Assembly: GCF_965217055.1 (NCBI RefSeq)
Contig: NZ_OZ244227.1
Location: 1,283,652 to 1,347,651 of the forward strand
Length of the DNA: 64,000 nt
Direction of reading: 5' to 3'
Source of the DNA: Hyphobacterium sp.
Lineage (GTDB): Bacteria > Pseudomonadota > Alphaproteobacteria > Caulobacterales > Maricaulaceae
The notes under the pieces were generated by a model. That model saw only the letters and a program-made list of their open reading frames with translations, had not been told where the DNA came from and did no database searches. A program made the translations under genes and the position numbers. This document shows, in pieces, positions 54,373 to 63,583 of this stretch. Each line of letters starts with the position of its first letter. The stretch's first letter is position 1.

Positions 54373-55062
54373 TCAATCAGCCTCGTCCGGCGTCAGTGTC
54401 TCGCGCGCCGGGTCATGCTTCCAGACCCACCATGAATAGATGACGAGACCCAGCGTGGCGGCGAGCAGGCCGGCGAGCAAGGCGATGGCCGTGGCTTCGG
54501 GCGGCAGGGTGAAGGCGCCGACCAATCCCGCAAGACCAACGACCAGGTAGAGCCGGCTGGCCCATCTGTGGGTCTTGTCCCAGGCAAGGTCGGATGACAA
54601 CGTCCAGGGCGTGCGGATACCGGCGAAGAAATTGGGCCGCGCCTTGGCGACGACCAGGCCGATCAGGATCAGGATCAGGGCGATGAACACCGCCACGCTG
54701 CGCGCCATCGCCGGTCCGTCCAGGCCGCCGCCGAGCGCCGTCCAGGTGATCAGGCCCTGGCCGCCGGCAATGGCCACCACACCGATGATCCAGCCGACAA
54801 TGTAGAGCGGGCGCGAGCGGCGGACATTCTTGCCGCGCGGATCGATTTCCGGCGCGATCGAGAGGAGAAAGGTGATCCCGAGCAACAGGGCAGGGAGGAA
54901 AAGGAAGGCCTCGGCCTTCGAACCGTAGCGATCGGGTTCGCCCGACAGGTCGAAGTGAACCGGAACCTGGGCGCCCGGTTCGGTGTTGATCCAGCCATAG
55001 GCGGAGAACACCACGGCGATGGCGAAGGCGATCAGCGAAATCAGCAATCCCAGTCGGATCAT
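54373..55062 (-). CDS. SdpI/DUF1648-type membrane protein
   Basis: 229 aa, multi-TM. VPVHFDLSGEPDRYGSK (DUF1648-like start). Overlaps the upstream ArsR/SdpR gene by 4 nt. Confidence 0.7.
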   Translation of the reverse strand: MIRLGLLISLIAFAIAVVFSAYGWINTEPGAQVPVHFDLSGEPDRYGSKAEAFLFLPALLLGITFLLSIAPEIDPRGKNVRRSRPLYIVGWIIGVVAIAGGQGLITWTALGGGLDGPAMARSVAVFIALILILIGLVVAKARPNFFAGIRTPWTLSSDLAWDKTHRWASRLYLVVGLAGLVGAFTLPPEATAIALLAGLLAATLGLVIYSWWVWKHDPARETLTPDEAD

Positions 55063-55328
55063 GTCTCGGTTTCCTTTCCGATGAGGTCCATCAAGAGCGC
55101 GATGGCTTCTTCTGCGGCGCCGGCATTCAGCCGATAGCGGATCGTGGTGCCATGGCGCTCCGCGAGAACCAGGCCCGCCTCCTTCAAAGCATTGAAATGG
55201 CCTGACATGGTCGGCTTGGAGACGGGGAAGGCGCCCGCAAGCTCACCCGCCGTCATCGGCCCGTCGCGCAGTTTTTTCAGCACCTGGCGGCGGACCGGGT
55301 GGCCCAGCGCCCTGAAGACATCGCTCAT
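55059..55328 (-). CDS. ArsR/SdpR family autorepressor-like transcriptional regulator
   Basis: 89 aa. FRALGHPVRRQVLKKLRDGPMTAGELAGAFPVSKPTMSGHFNALKEAGLV winged HTH. Confidence 0.85.
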   Translation of the reverse strand: MSDVFRALGHPVRRQVLKKLRDGPMTAGELAGAFPVSKPTMSGHFNALKEAGLVLAERHGTTIRYRLNAGAAEEAIALLMDLIGKETET

Positions 55329-55350
55329 GGCCTCGCATTGACATCAATAT

Positions 55351-55375
55351 TAATTAGCGTCAAGGCTAATTAGCG
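55351..55375. promoter_or_regulatory. Direct repeat TAATTAGCG x2 (16-bp period), candidate SdpR/ArsR operator
   Basis: Copies at 55351-55359 and 55367-55375 in the 61-bp divergent spacer. TTGACA lies at 55339-55344. Confidence 0.35.
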
Positions 55376-55395
55376 ATCTGACGAAAGAGGTGATC

Positions 55396-56739
55396 ATGCG
55401 CGTGTTTGTCCTGTTCCTGTTCTCCCTGACGGTTTCGGCCTGTGCCGATCCGGCCGAGGACGCGTCTGTCTCCGAGACGGCCGAGGCCGCGGCCTATGAC
55501 GGCGAATGGTCGGGCACGCTCGACACGGGCGGGCCGCAATTGCGCCTGCTGCTGGAAGTGGCAGGCGACAACGCCGTGCTGATCAGCCTCGACCAGAACC
55601 AGGCCCGCCTGCCGCTGGACATTACGCGGCAGGACGCATCGGGCTTTGCGGGAAATGTCTCCAGCGTCGGGGCTGCCATCGATCTAGAGCGGACCGGCGA
55701 TGACGAGCTTTCGGGCACGTTTGCGCAGGGCGGGGCGACGCTGCCGCTGACCCTGGTGCGTGGCAATCTGTTCGCCGGAAATGGCGAGGCGGCAGATGAT
55801 TTCATCGTCGAAACGGCGGGCGGCCAGCTTGCCGGAACGCTGCGTCTGCCCGCGGGCGACGGTCCGCATCCCGCGATCCTGATGCTCAACGGCTCCGGAT
55901 CGCAGGACCGGGATGCCAATGTGGCCGGTCAGCCGGTGTTCGCCGTGCTCGCCGAGGCGCTGGCGGGGCGCGGCATCGCCACGCTGCGGCTGGACGATCG
56001 CGGAATTGGCGGCTCGACGGCGCCAGCACCGGCTTCTCCGCTCGAGCTTGCCGAGGATGCGTCCGCCGCGCTGGAAGCGCTGCGGTCTGCGCAAGGCGTT
56101 GATGCGCGCTGTGTCGGCGCGCTCGGGCATTCCGAAGGCGCAATGATCGCATTCCTCGGTGCCGACGGCGACAATCCCGCCTTCATCCTGTCGCTGGCCG
56201 GACAGCACGGCCCCATGGCCGAGATCCTTTATGAGCAGTCCGAGGCGATCATCCTGGCGTCGGGAGGGGGTCAGGCGGCCGCCGACCGTAATCGCGCCCT
56301 GCAGGATGCGATGTTCAGCGTCATGCGCGATCCGGCAGTCGAGGACCATGCCGCAGCATTGACCGCTGCGCTGGTCGAGCTCGGCTTTCCGGAAGCGGCC
56401 GCGCAGCAACAGGGGGCAATGTGGGGGCAGGATTATGCGATCGCCGCGCTGGATCTCGATCCCGGCCCGGCCATGACCGCCTATGACGGACCGGTGCGCG
56501 CTTTGTTCGGCGGGCGCGACCTGCAGGTGCTGGCCGAGCCCAATCGAGACCGGCTGCTGGCGGCGCGCGAGGGCTTGCCGACCGAGGTGGCGATCCTCGA
56601 GGGCGTCAATCATTTGTTCCAGAGCGCCGAAACCGGCCTTCCGCAGGAATATGCCAATGCGCCGCACGCCATGGCGCCCGAAGCGCTGGAAGCCATCGGC
56701 ATGGCGGCGGAAGGATTGTTTGCGCAATCCTGCCGCTAG
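55396..56739 (+). CDS. Alpha/beta hydrolase, lipoprotein, with N-terminal extra domain
   Basis: Lipobox LTVSAC. Nucleophile elbow GHSEGA. ATG 55396 follows AGAGG; the track start is GTG 55390. Confidence 0.8.
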   Translation: MRVFVLFLFSLTVSACADPAEDASVSETAEAAAYDGEWSGTLDTGGPQLRLLLEVAGDNAVLISLDQNQARLPLDITRQDASGFAGNVSSVGAAIDLERTGDDELSGTFAQGGATLPLTLVRGNLFAGNGEAADDFIVETAGGQLAGTLRLPAGDGPHPAILMLNGSGSQDRDANVAGQPVFAVLAEALAGRGIATLRLDDRGIGGSTAPAPASPLELAEDASAALEALRSAQGVDARCVGALGHSEGAMIAFLGADGDNPAFILSLAGQHGPMAEILYEQSEAIILASGGGQAAADRNRALQDAMFSVMRDPAVEDHAAALTAALVELGFPEAAAQQQGAMWGQDYAIAALDLDPGPAMTAYDGPVRALFGGRDLQVLAEPNRDRLLAAREGLPTEVAILEGVNHLFQSAETGLPQEYANAPHAMAPEALEAIGMAAEGLFAQSCR

Positions 56740-56754
56740 AGCGGGCAGCGCCGT

Positions 56755-57933
56755 CTATTGCGGCGGCAGGTTCTCGAGAAAGAAGCGAATCTGGTTTTCG
56801 CCCATGACGGCGCGGATGTCGGCTTCGCTCACGCCGGCAGCGAGCAGGGCGTGGGTGAGCGCGGCCATCTCCGAAGCATCGAAGCGCGCCGTGATCGAGC
56901 CGTCATAATCGGACCCCAGCGCCACCGCGCCGACACCGAACCGATCCGCGGCATAGCGGATGGCACGGGCGATACCGTCCGGCGTATCATCGCAGGTGAC
57001 GTCCGCCCAGAAGCCGATGCCGATCAGCCCGCCGCGTGACGCGATCTCGGCCAACAAGGCATCGGGAATGTTTCGCGGCGTCTCGCACAGCGAGCGTACG
57101 CCGGTATGCGAGACGATCAGCGGCGCGTCGGTCATGTCGAGAACTTCGCGGACGACGGCTTGCGAAGAATGGGCAACATCTATGATGAAACCCTGCTCCA
57201 GAAGGTCGCGCACAGCCGCGCGGCCGAAAGCCGTCAATCCGGCATTGGACATGCCGTGCAGCGAGCCGCCCAGCTCATTGTCGAAGAAGTGCTGCAGGCC
57301 GACGACGCGATAGCCTTCATCATGAAGGCGCGAAATGTTGGCGAGCTCGCCTTCCAGCGGGTGCGCGCCCTCCGTGCCGAGAATGCCTGCCACGAGACCG
57401 GGATTTTGTTCGTGTGCCGCCAGCGCAGCGCTCAATTCATCGCGGGTTTCGACCACCACAAAATCGCCATTGGAGCGCGCTTCTGCCCGGTGCAGGCGGC
57501 GGGCGTGAAAACGGGCGCGATTGAAGAGCGCCCCCCAGGTATCCACCGGCCAGCGCTGGGCAATCGCCAGCAGGGTGATGTCGTCACTGGTCGAATCATT
57601 GGTCTCGTAATTCATGTCTGACGGCGTCTTGGTGACCGAGGTGAAGACCTGCAGCACCACGCCGCCCTCGCGCAGACGGGGCAGATCGGTATGACCCCGA
57701 TCGTAGCGGCGCAACGGATCGCGCGACCAAAGCAGCAGGTCGGAATGCAGATCGGCGACGCGCAGCGTGTCGTGCAGGGCCTGCGCCTCGGCCGATACCG
57801 GCCAGGGATCGTGCGGCACGACCGCATTCAGATCATTGTCGACACGCGGCGGCAGAACGAGAAAGAAGGCGCCGGCCGCCGCCAGAGCCAGGATGAGAAT
57901 GACCCGTCCGGCCCATTTTATCATTGTGCGCAT
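56755..57933 (-). CDS. Membrane dipeptidase (peptidase M19 family)
   Basis: 392 aa. N-terminal anchor, VADLHSDLL, VDVAHSS and DYDG motifs of renal-dipeptidase-type enzymes. Confidence 0.8.
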   Translation of the reverse strand: MRTMIKWAGRVILILALAAAGAFFLVLPPRVDNDLNAVVPHDPWPVSAEAQALHDTLRVADLHSDLLLWSRDPLRRYDRGHTDLPRLREGGVVLQVFTSVTKTPSDMNYETNDSTSDDITLLAIAQRWPVDTWGALFNRARFHARRLHRAEARSNGDFVVVETRDELSAALAAHEQNPGLVAGILGTEGAHPLEGELANISRLHDEGYRVVGLQHFFDNELGGSLHGMSNAGLTAFGRAAVRDLLEQGFIIDVAHSSQAVVREVLDMTDAPLIVSHTGVRSLCETPRNIPDALLAEIASRGGLIGIGFWADVTCDDTPDGIARAIRYAADRFGVGAVALGSDYDGSITARFDASEMAALTHALLAAGVSEADIRAVMGENQIRFFLENLPPQ

Positions 57934-58000
57934 TTCGGCGTCTCCTCCGACCAGTGTGCGAAGCTAGGCCCGGCAAGGCCTGCCCGGCAAGCGGTCTGCG

Positions 58001-58462
58001 TTACGCGTTCGCGGGACGATTGAAGGCAAAAGGCGGGCGCGGCCGGCCGGCGAGCTGCCAGTAGATGAAGCCGCCGATCGCGCCGCCAGCGGCGAACAGG
58101 AGGTTCACGGCGCCGGGCGCGTGACCTATCCCGGAACTCCCGAATGCCATGAGATGAATGACAAGCGCGGCAAGCAGGGCTGCGACCAGCGTATCGGTCC
58201 AGCCGCGTGGCACGTTCGCCCATCGGAAAATCCAGACCAGTGCGAATGTGGGTATTGCGATGATGGCACCGATAACGAGGCCGAGAACCGTGGACAGGCC
58301 GAGAAAGCCGCCAAGGCTTTCAGCCGTCAGAGCCTCGTCGCCTTCGATCAGCGCCTGCCCGTAGAACACGCCGGAAATGCTAGCCGCGGCGGCGATCGCC
58401 GCGAGCAGGAAGGCCAAAACCGGACGCAGCGCGCGCTGCCAGATCCAGTCAATTCGCACCAT
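58001..58462 (-). CDS. Four-TM membrane protein, unknown family (paralogue A)
   Basis: 153 aa. Aligns end to end with the next gene (W.W.RALRP.LA..., VPRGWTD, LLFAAGG..GG..YW.LAG.PRPP). Confidence 0.7.
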   Translation of the reverse strand: MVRIDWIWQRALRPVLAFLLAAIAAAASISGVFYGQALIEGDEALTAESLGGFLGLSTVLGLVIGAIIAIPTFALVWIFRWANVPRGWTDTLVAALLAALVIHLMAFGSSGIGHAPGAVNLLFAAGGAIGGFIYWQLAGRPRPPFAFNRPANA

Positions 58463-58558
58463 GTCCTGTCCTTTCGATTGTCAGATCAACGGACCTGACG
58501 GAGGCGCCAATCCCGCCGATTGACGCAGATTTCTCGCCGGCCTGCTGACCGGTGCCGT

Positions 58559-58996
58559 TCAATAGGGCGGGCGCGGTTTGCCCGCTGCCAACCAATAGGC
58601 AAGACCGCCAGCCAGGCCACCGGCGGCAAACAGCAGGTTGAGGGGGCTGGGGGGTTCGCCAATGCTCGAGGCGCCGAAGGCGAGGAGATGGATCATGGTT
58701 GCACCGACGATTGCGCCGGCTACGGCATCGGTCCAGCCGCGCGGCAATTCCACAATCCGGATCAGCCAGACCAGGATAATGGTCGGGATCGCCGCGAATG
58801 CCGCAACGTAAAGGCCGAGAAAGCCGGAGATCGCAAGGAAGGACCCGACGCCCTGGGCCGTCAGCTCGTCCCCGCCTTCGGCCAGCGAGAGGCCGTAGAA
58901 GAAAAGGGCAATGGCGAGCGCCGCCACGATTGCCGCCACGATGTAGGCGAGAGCCGGACGCAAGGCGCGGCGCCAAAGCCAGTTCGTTCGGTTCAT
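58559..58996 (-). CDS. Four-TM membrane protein, unknown family (paralogue B)
   Basis: 145 aa from ATG 58996 (GGGGGA SD). Tandem paralogue of 58001..58462. The track ORF extension to 59854 is antisense shadow of the SDR gene. Confidence 0.7.
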   Translation of the reverse strand: MNRTNWLWRRALRPALAYIVAAIVAALAIALFFYGLSLAEGGDELTAQGVGSFLAISGFLGLYVAAFAAIPTIILVWLIRIVELPRGWTDAVAGAIVGATMIHLLAFGASSIGEPPSPLNLLFAAGGLAGGLAYWLAAGKPRPPY

Positions 58997-59147
58997 GTGT
59001 TTTCCCCCTTGATATCCCCCCGCGCGGGGCAACCTAGCTGTCTTCCGGGTAGCCACAAGCCGGCGTCGTGCCGCAGCCTTGTCCATGGCCGTCGCGAGCG
59101 TGGCAAGATGGAGGAGCCTTTGCCCTTCCGGCGAACGGGGCATCGGT

Positions 59148-59189
59148 GTAGTCGTCGCCGTAGTCGTAGTAGTAGTAGTAGTCGTAGAC
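59148..59189. repeat. Intergenic triplet tract (GTA/GTC/GCC/GAC)14 with a perfect (GTA)5 core
   Basis: gta gtc gtc gcc gta gtc gta gta gta gta gta gtc gta gac. Lies in the 246-bp spacer between divergent genes. Confidence 0.85.
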
Positions 59190-59242
59190 GAAATCGAAAA
59201 ACCGGAGGGTTTATCCACGCTCTCCGCCAGCTGGAGCAGATC

Positions 59243-60079
<837 letters not shown>

Positions 60080-60084
60080 GGTTT

Positions 60085-60771
60085 ATGAAAGACCGTTTGA
60101 TTGTCGCCCTCGATTTGCCAAACCTTAGCGAGGCTGAAGCTCTGACCGCAGCCTGCGGCGACGCCGTATCGTTCTACAAGATCGGGCTGCAATTGCTGCC
60201 GGTCGGCGGGATGGAATTGTCGGAAAGGCTGCGCGCCGCGGGCAAGAAAATTTTCCTCGATTTCAAGCTGCATGATATTCCCGCGACCGTGGAAAAGGCG
60301 ACGCGCTCGATTGTCGGGCGCGGCGGCGATCTGCTGACGGTTCATGCGGAACCGCCGGTGATGCGGGCGGCCGTGGCGGGGCGCGGCGAGGATAGCGATC
60401 TTAAGCTGCTGGGTGTAACCGTTTTGACGGCTTATGACGATGTAATGCTGAAAGAAATTGGCTATGCCTTCACGGCTCGCGACCTGGTCATGCGGCGTGT
60501 GGAGCAGGCGCTGGAGTGCGGCATGGACGGGATCGTGGCGAGCCCGCTCGAAGCCGCCGAGATCCGGCGGCGTTTCGGCGACGGTTTCCTGATCGTGACG
60601 CCGGGGATCCGGCCGACAGGGTCGGCAGCCGGCGATCAGAAACGGATTGCGACTCCGGCGGATGCCCTGCGGAATGGCGCCACGCATCTCGTGGTCGGGC
60701 GCCCGGTCAATGCGGCAAGCCATCCAGCGAAGGCGGCCCGCGATATCCTCAGCGAAATGGCTGGGGCCTAG
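60085..60771 (+). CDS. pyrF: Orotidine 5'-phosphate decarboxylase
   Basis: LIVALDLP, FLDFKLHDIP, LTVH and VVGRPV motifs. ATG 60085. Confidence 0.92.
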   Translation: MKDRLIVALDLPNLSEAEALTAACGDAVSFYKIGLQLLPVGGMELSERLRAAGKKIFLDFKLHDIPATVEKATRSIVGRGGDLLTVHAEPPVMRAAVAGRGEDSDLKLLGVTVLTAYDDVMLKEIGYAFTARDLVMRRVEQALECGMDGIVASPLEAAEIRRRFGDGFLIVTPGIRPTGSAAGDQKRIATPADALRNGATHLVVGRPVNAASHPAKAARDILSEMAGA

Positions 60772-61916
60772 TAGCGGCCACCCCCATAGCCGCCACCGCC
60801 ATAGCTGCCGCCGCCATATCCGGAACCGCCGCCCCCGTAGCCGCCACCGCCGTAACCAGAACCGCCACCGTAGCCGCCGCCATGATGGCCACCGTGGCCG
60901 CCATAGCCCCCTCCGTGACCGCCATAGCCGCCGCCATGTCCTCCACCGCCACCGCGCACGCGGATACCGGTGCGAACATTGACGTTCGTGTTGACGTTGA
61001 CGCTGGACGACGCATTGGCGTTGGCATTAGCTCCGGAATTCGAACCGGCACCCGCGCCGACAAAGCTGCGCGCACCGCCACCCCCGGTAATGATTACGCG
61101 GCCGCCTCCGCCGCCGGTGAAATAAACCGGCGAGCGCCCCCCGACGCCCGGAAAGATCACCCCGTCATAACTGGCATAGCGGCTGTCATGACCACACCCG
61201 CCGTGATGACCGTGATCTTGGCAGCCGCAGCCATGACCGTGTCCGCCACCGTGATGGCTTTCGTGCCAGTAACGGCCGTCCTGGCCATACCATTCGCGCG
61301 AATAGCGTGTGTGCGTGTATTCGCGACGATAGTAGCTGTCCTCATACGTCACATAGCGCGGCGGATGGTATTGCGGCGGACGTTCACGTGGAATGTCGAC
61401 GAGACGGCAGGGTCCGCCCCTTGCATTCCATTCGGCCTCGGTCGGAACCGGGTCGAGAACGACGCACGGATGACCCGGCACGGTTCCGCCACCGTCATAT
61501 CCACCGGAATACCCCCCGGCTTGGCGCGTATACCCGCTGTCCGGCCCGCGATCGGTCCAATACCTCGCGGGATCGTCGGTATAGATCGTCCGGCCTTCCG
61601 TCGGTGGCCGCGCGAGAGTCGGGCGGTACTCATACTGATCGTCCGGCGTGTATCCGGTATCGATATATGCAGTACCGGAAGACCGCGATGCATAGCTGGC
61701 TGAACCGCTTCCGGAATAGCCGCTCGATGAATCGACCAGGCAGATCGGTTCGGCGCCAGGTTCCGGCGTGTGCCGGCGGGTCCCGGCCGGGCATTCTGCA
61801 AATCGAATCTGGGCGCCGGGCGGAATATCGCGGCCCCCGAGAAGGCGATCGTAATCCTGCGCTGCGACAGGCGCGGCAGCGACGAGGACCAAGGTGGTGG
61901 CGAGCATCTTGTTCAT
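60768..61916 (-). CDS. Secreted Gly/Tyr/His-rich low-complexity protein with a His/Cys cluster
   Basis: 382 aa. Signal peptide MNKMLATTLVLVAAAPVAA/Q. HESHHGGGHGHGCGCQDHGHHGGCGH (nt 61185-61265). A 62-aa C-terminal GGYGG/GGHGG tail (nt 60771-60956). Confidence 0.7.
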   Translation of the reverse strand: MNKMLATTLVLVAAAPVAAQDYDRLLGGRDIPPGAQIRFAECPAGTRRHTPEPGAEPICLVDSSSGYSGSGSASYASRSSGTAYIDTGYTPDDQYEYRPTLARPPTEGRTIYTDDPARYWTDRGPDSGYTRQAGGYSGGYDGGGTVPGHPCVVLDPVPTEAEWNARGGPCRLVDIPRERPPQYHPPRYVTYEDSYYRREYTHTRYSREWYGQDGRYWHESHHGGGHGHGCGCQDHGHHGGCGHDSRYASYDGVIFPGVGGRSPVYFTGGGGGRVIITGGGGARSFVGAGAGSNSGANANANASSSVNVNTNVNVRTGIRVRGGGGGHGGGYGGHGGGYGGHGGHHGGGYGGGSGYGGGGYGGGGSGYGGGSYGGGGYGGGRY

Positions 61917-61979
61917 TAACAGAATGCTAATGCCAATGTCGTGCCAGATGACAGCGTTTTCCCTTGGCGGGCGACTGGT

Positions 61980-62201
61980 TTAGAAATCGTAGGCGACGCC
62001 CTTGCGTTCCCAGTCACCATAACGGGTCGGTTCTGGACCATTCGGGCCGTTGATTTCATTGACCTTTTCGTTATCCTCGGTGCCTTTCCGGGCGCGTCGT
62101 TCGGCAGCCTCTTCGAGGGACCGGCGCGCGGCAGGGGTCAGCGACTTGTCGGCGGCAGCGGCCGGAACTGGCTTGTTTTGATCCGTCATGATCCGGGACA
62201 T
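61980..62201 (-). CDS. DUF1674 (SDHAF4-like) protein
   Basis: 73 aa. C-terminal NGPNGPEPTRYGDWERKGVAYDF is the DUF1674 signature. Confidence 0.8.
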   Translation of the reverse strand: MSRIMTDQNKPVPAAAADKSLTPAARRSLEEAAERRARKGTEDNEKVNEINGPNGPEPTRYGDWERKGVAYDF

Positions 62202-62235
62202 AGCGCGCCGCGCCCCACCATGCTAGGGCGCGCTC

Positions 62236-63540
62236 ATGTCACAAGGCCTTGCCGCCCGCCGTTGCGCCGTACTTGCCCTGCAATTCGTGCTGAGAAGCCG
62301 AACGGCTCTCGACGCCGCGCTGTCACAAACGCCGGACTACGCCGGACTGCATCCGCGCGACCGGGCGTTTGCGCGGCTCGTCGCGGCTACTACACTGCGC
62401 CGGCGCGGCCAGATCGACGCGGTTGTTTCTACCTTCGTCCAGCGCCCGCTTCCGGAGAGCGCCCTCGAAGCCAGGCTGATCCTCGAGACGGCAGTGGCGC
62501 AGCTGGTGTTTCTCGATACGAAGCCACATGCGGCGGTTTCCGGAGCTGTCGACCTCGCCAACCGGTCACGCGAGTCGGCACGCTTTGCCGGCCTGATAAA
62601 TGCGGTCCTGCGGAAAGCGGCTAGCCAAGGCAAGGCAATTGCCGAGCAGACCGCGCTAAGGCGGAATCTGCCAGACTGGCTGCTGGCAAGCTGGCAGTCG
62701 AGTTATGGTCCTGACGCCGTCGATGCAATCGCAGCGGCCTGGACCTCGGCACCGCCGCTCGACCTTACCCTCCGGGATCCCGATGCGCGTAGCGAATGGT
62801 CGGAGAAGCTGGGCGCAGAAATACTGCCCACCGGGACGCTTCGGAAGCAAGAAATCGGCGATATTACCAGTCTGACGGGATTTGAGGACGGACACTGGTG
62901 GGCCCAAGATGCCGGCGCCGCATTACCAGCACAGCTATTGTCTCCACGTGCTGGCGAAGCGGTGCTCGACCTCTGTGCCGCGCCCGGAGGCAAAACCCTT
63001 CAACTTGCGAGCGCAGGTGCAAAGGTCACGGCGCTGGACGCCTCACCCAAACGCATGCGCCGGGTCCAGCAGAACCTCGAACGAACCGGCCTCACCGCAG
63101 AGTTGATCACTGACGACGGACAAAGCTGGGGCGAAGCAGAGAGTTTCGATGCGATCCTGCTCGATGCACCCTGCTCGGCAACCGGAACGCTGCGGCGACG
63201 ACCGGACGCGGCGTGGATAAAAGCTGCTGAAGACGTGCGTTCGCTGATGCCGATCCAGGCGGCACTCTTCGATAACGCTGTTCGACTGCTCAAACCGGGC
63301 GGGGGATTGGTGGTCTGCACCTGTTCGTTGCAAGCCGAGGAGGGTGAACTCTGGTTATCGCGCGGTCTTGAACGAAACAGCAATGTGGCGGTCGACCCGA
63401 TAGCGCCGGACGAGCTGCCGGAACTCGAGCCTGCCCTGCTGGATGACGGTTCGGTCAGATTGACGCCCGCCATGTGGGCAGGTCGCGGGAGTATCGACGG
63501 TTTCTTCATTGCGCGACTTAGGAAAGCGGCCGTCGCTTGA
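62236..63540 (+). CDS. rsmB: RsmB/NOP-family SAM-dependent 16S rRNA (cytosine-C5) methyltransferase
   Basis: N-terminal NusB-like domain. VLDLCAAPGGKT SAM motif, LLDAPCSATGTLRRRPD, VCTCS catalytic Cys. Confidence 0.8.
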   Translation: MSQGLAARRCAVLALQFVLRSRTALDAALSQTPDYAGLHPRDRAFARLVAATTLRRRGQIDAVVSTFVQRPLPESALEARLILETAVAQLVFLDTKPHAAVSGAVDLANRSRESARFAGLINAVLRKAASQGKAIAEQTALRRNLPDWLLASWQSSYGPDAVDAIAAAWTSAPPLDLTLRDPDARSEWSEKLGAEILPTGTLRKQEIGDITSLTGFEDGHWWAQDAGAALPAQLLSPRAGEAVLDLCAAPGGKTLQLASAGAKVTALDASPKRMRRVQQNLERTGLTAELITDDGQSWGEAESFDAILLDAPCSATGTLRRRPDAAWIKAAEDVRSLMPIQAALFDNAVRLLKPGGGLVVCTCSLQAEEGELWLSRGLERNSNVAVDPIAPDELPELEPALLDDGSVRLTPAMWAGRGSIDGFFIARLRKAAVA

Positions 63541-63583
63541 TGGCTCGCTTGCGCGCCCATCATCGCCCTGTTAAGCGATTTGA

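Noticed and set aside
51870-56727. Long ORFs 51870..53063 (+), 53198..54439 (+) and 55684..56727 (-).
   Set aside because: They are antisense to the propeller protein, argG and the lipoprotein hydrolase respectively.
60516-61703. 395-aa plus-strand ORF opposite the Gly/Tyr/His-rich gene.
   Set aside because: It starts inside pyrF in another frame and has no signal or SD. Its A/T/I/V-rich translation is the mirror image of the GGY/GGH coding repeats. The minus-strand reading has a proper signal peptide. Confidence is not absolute, because both strands are low-complexity.
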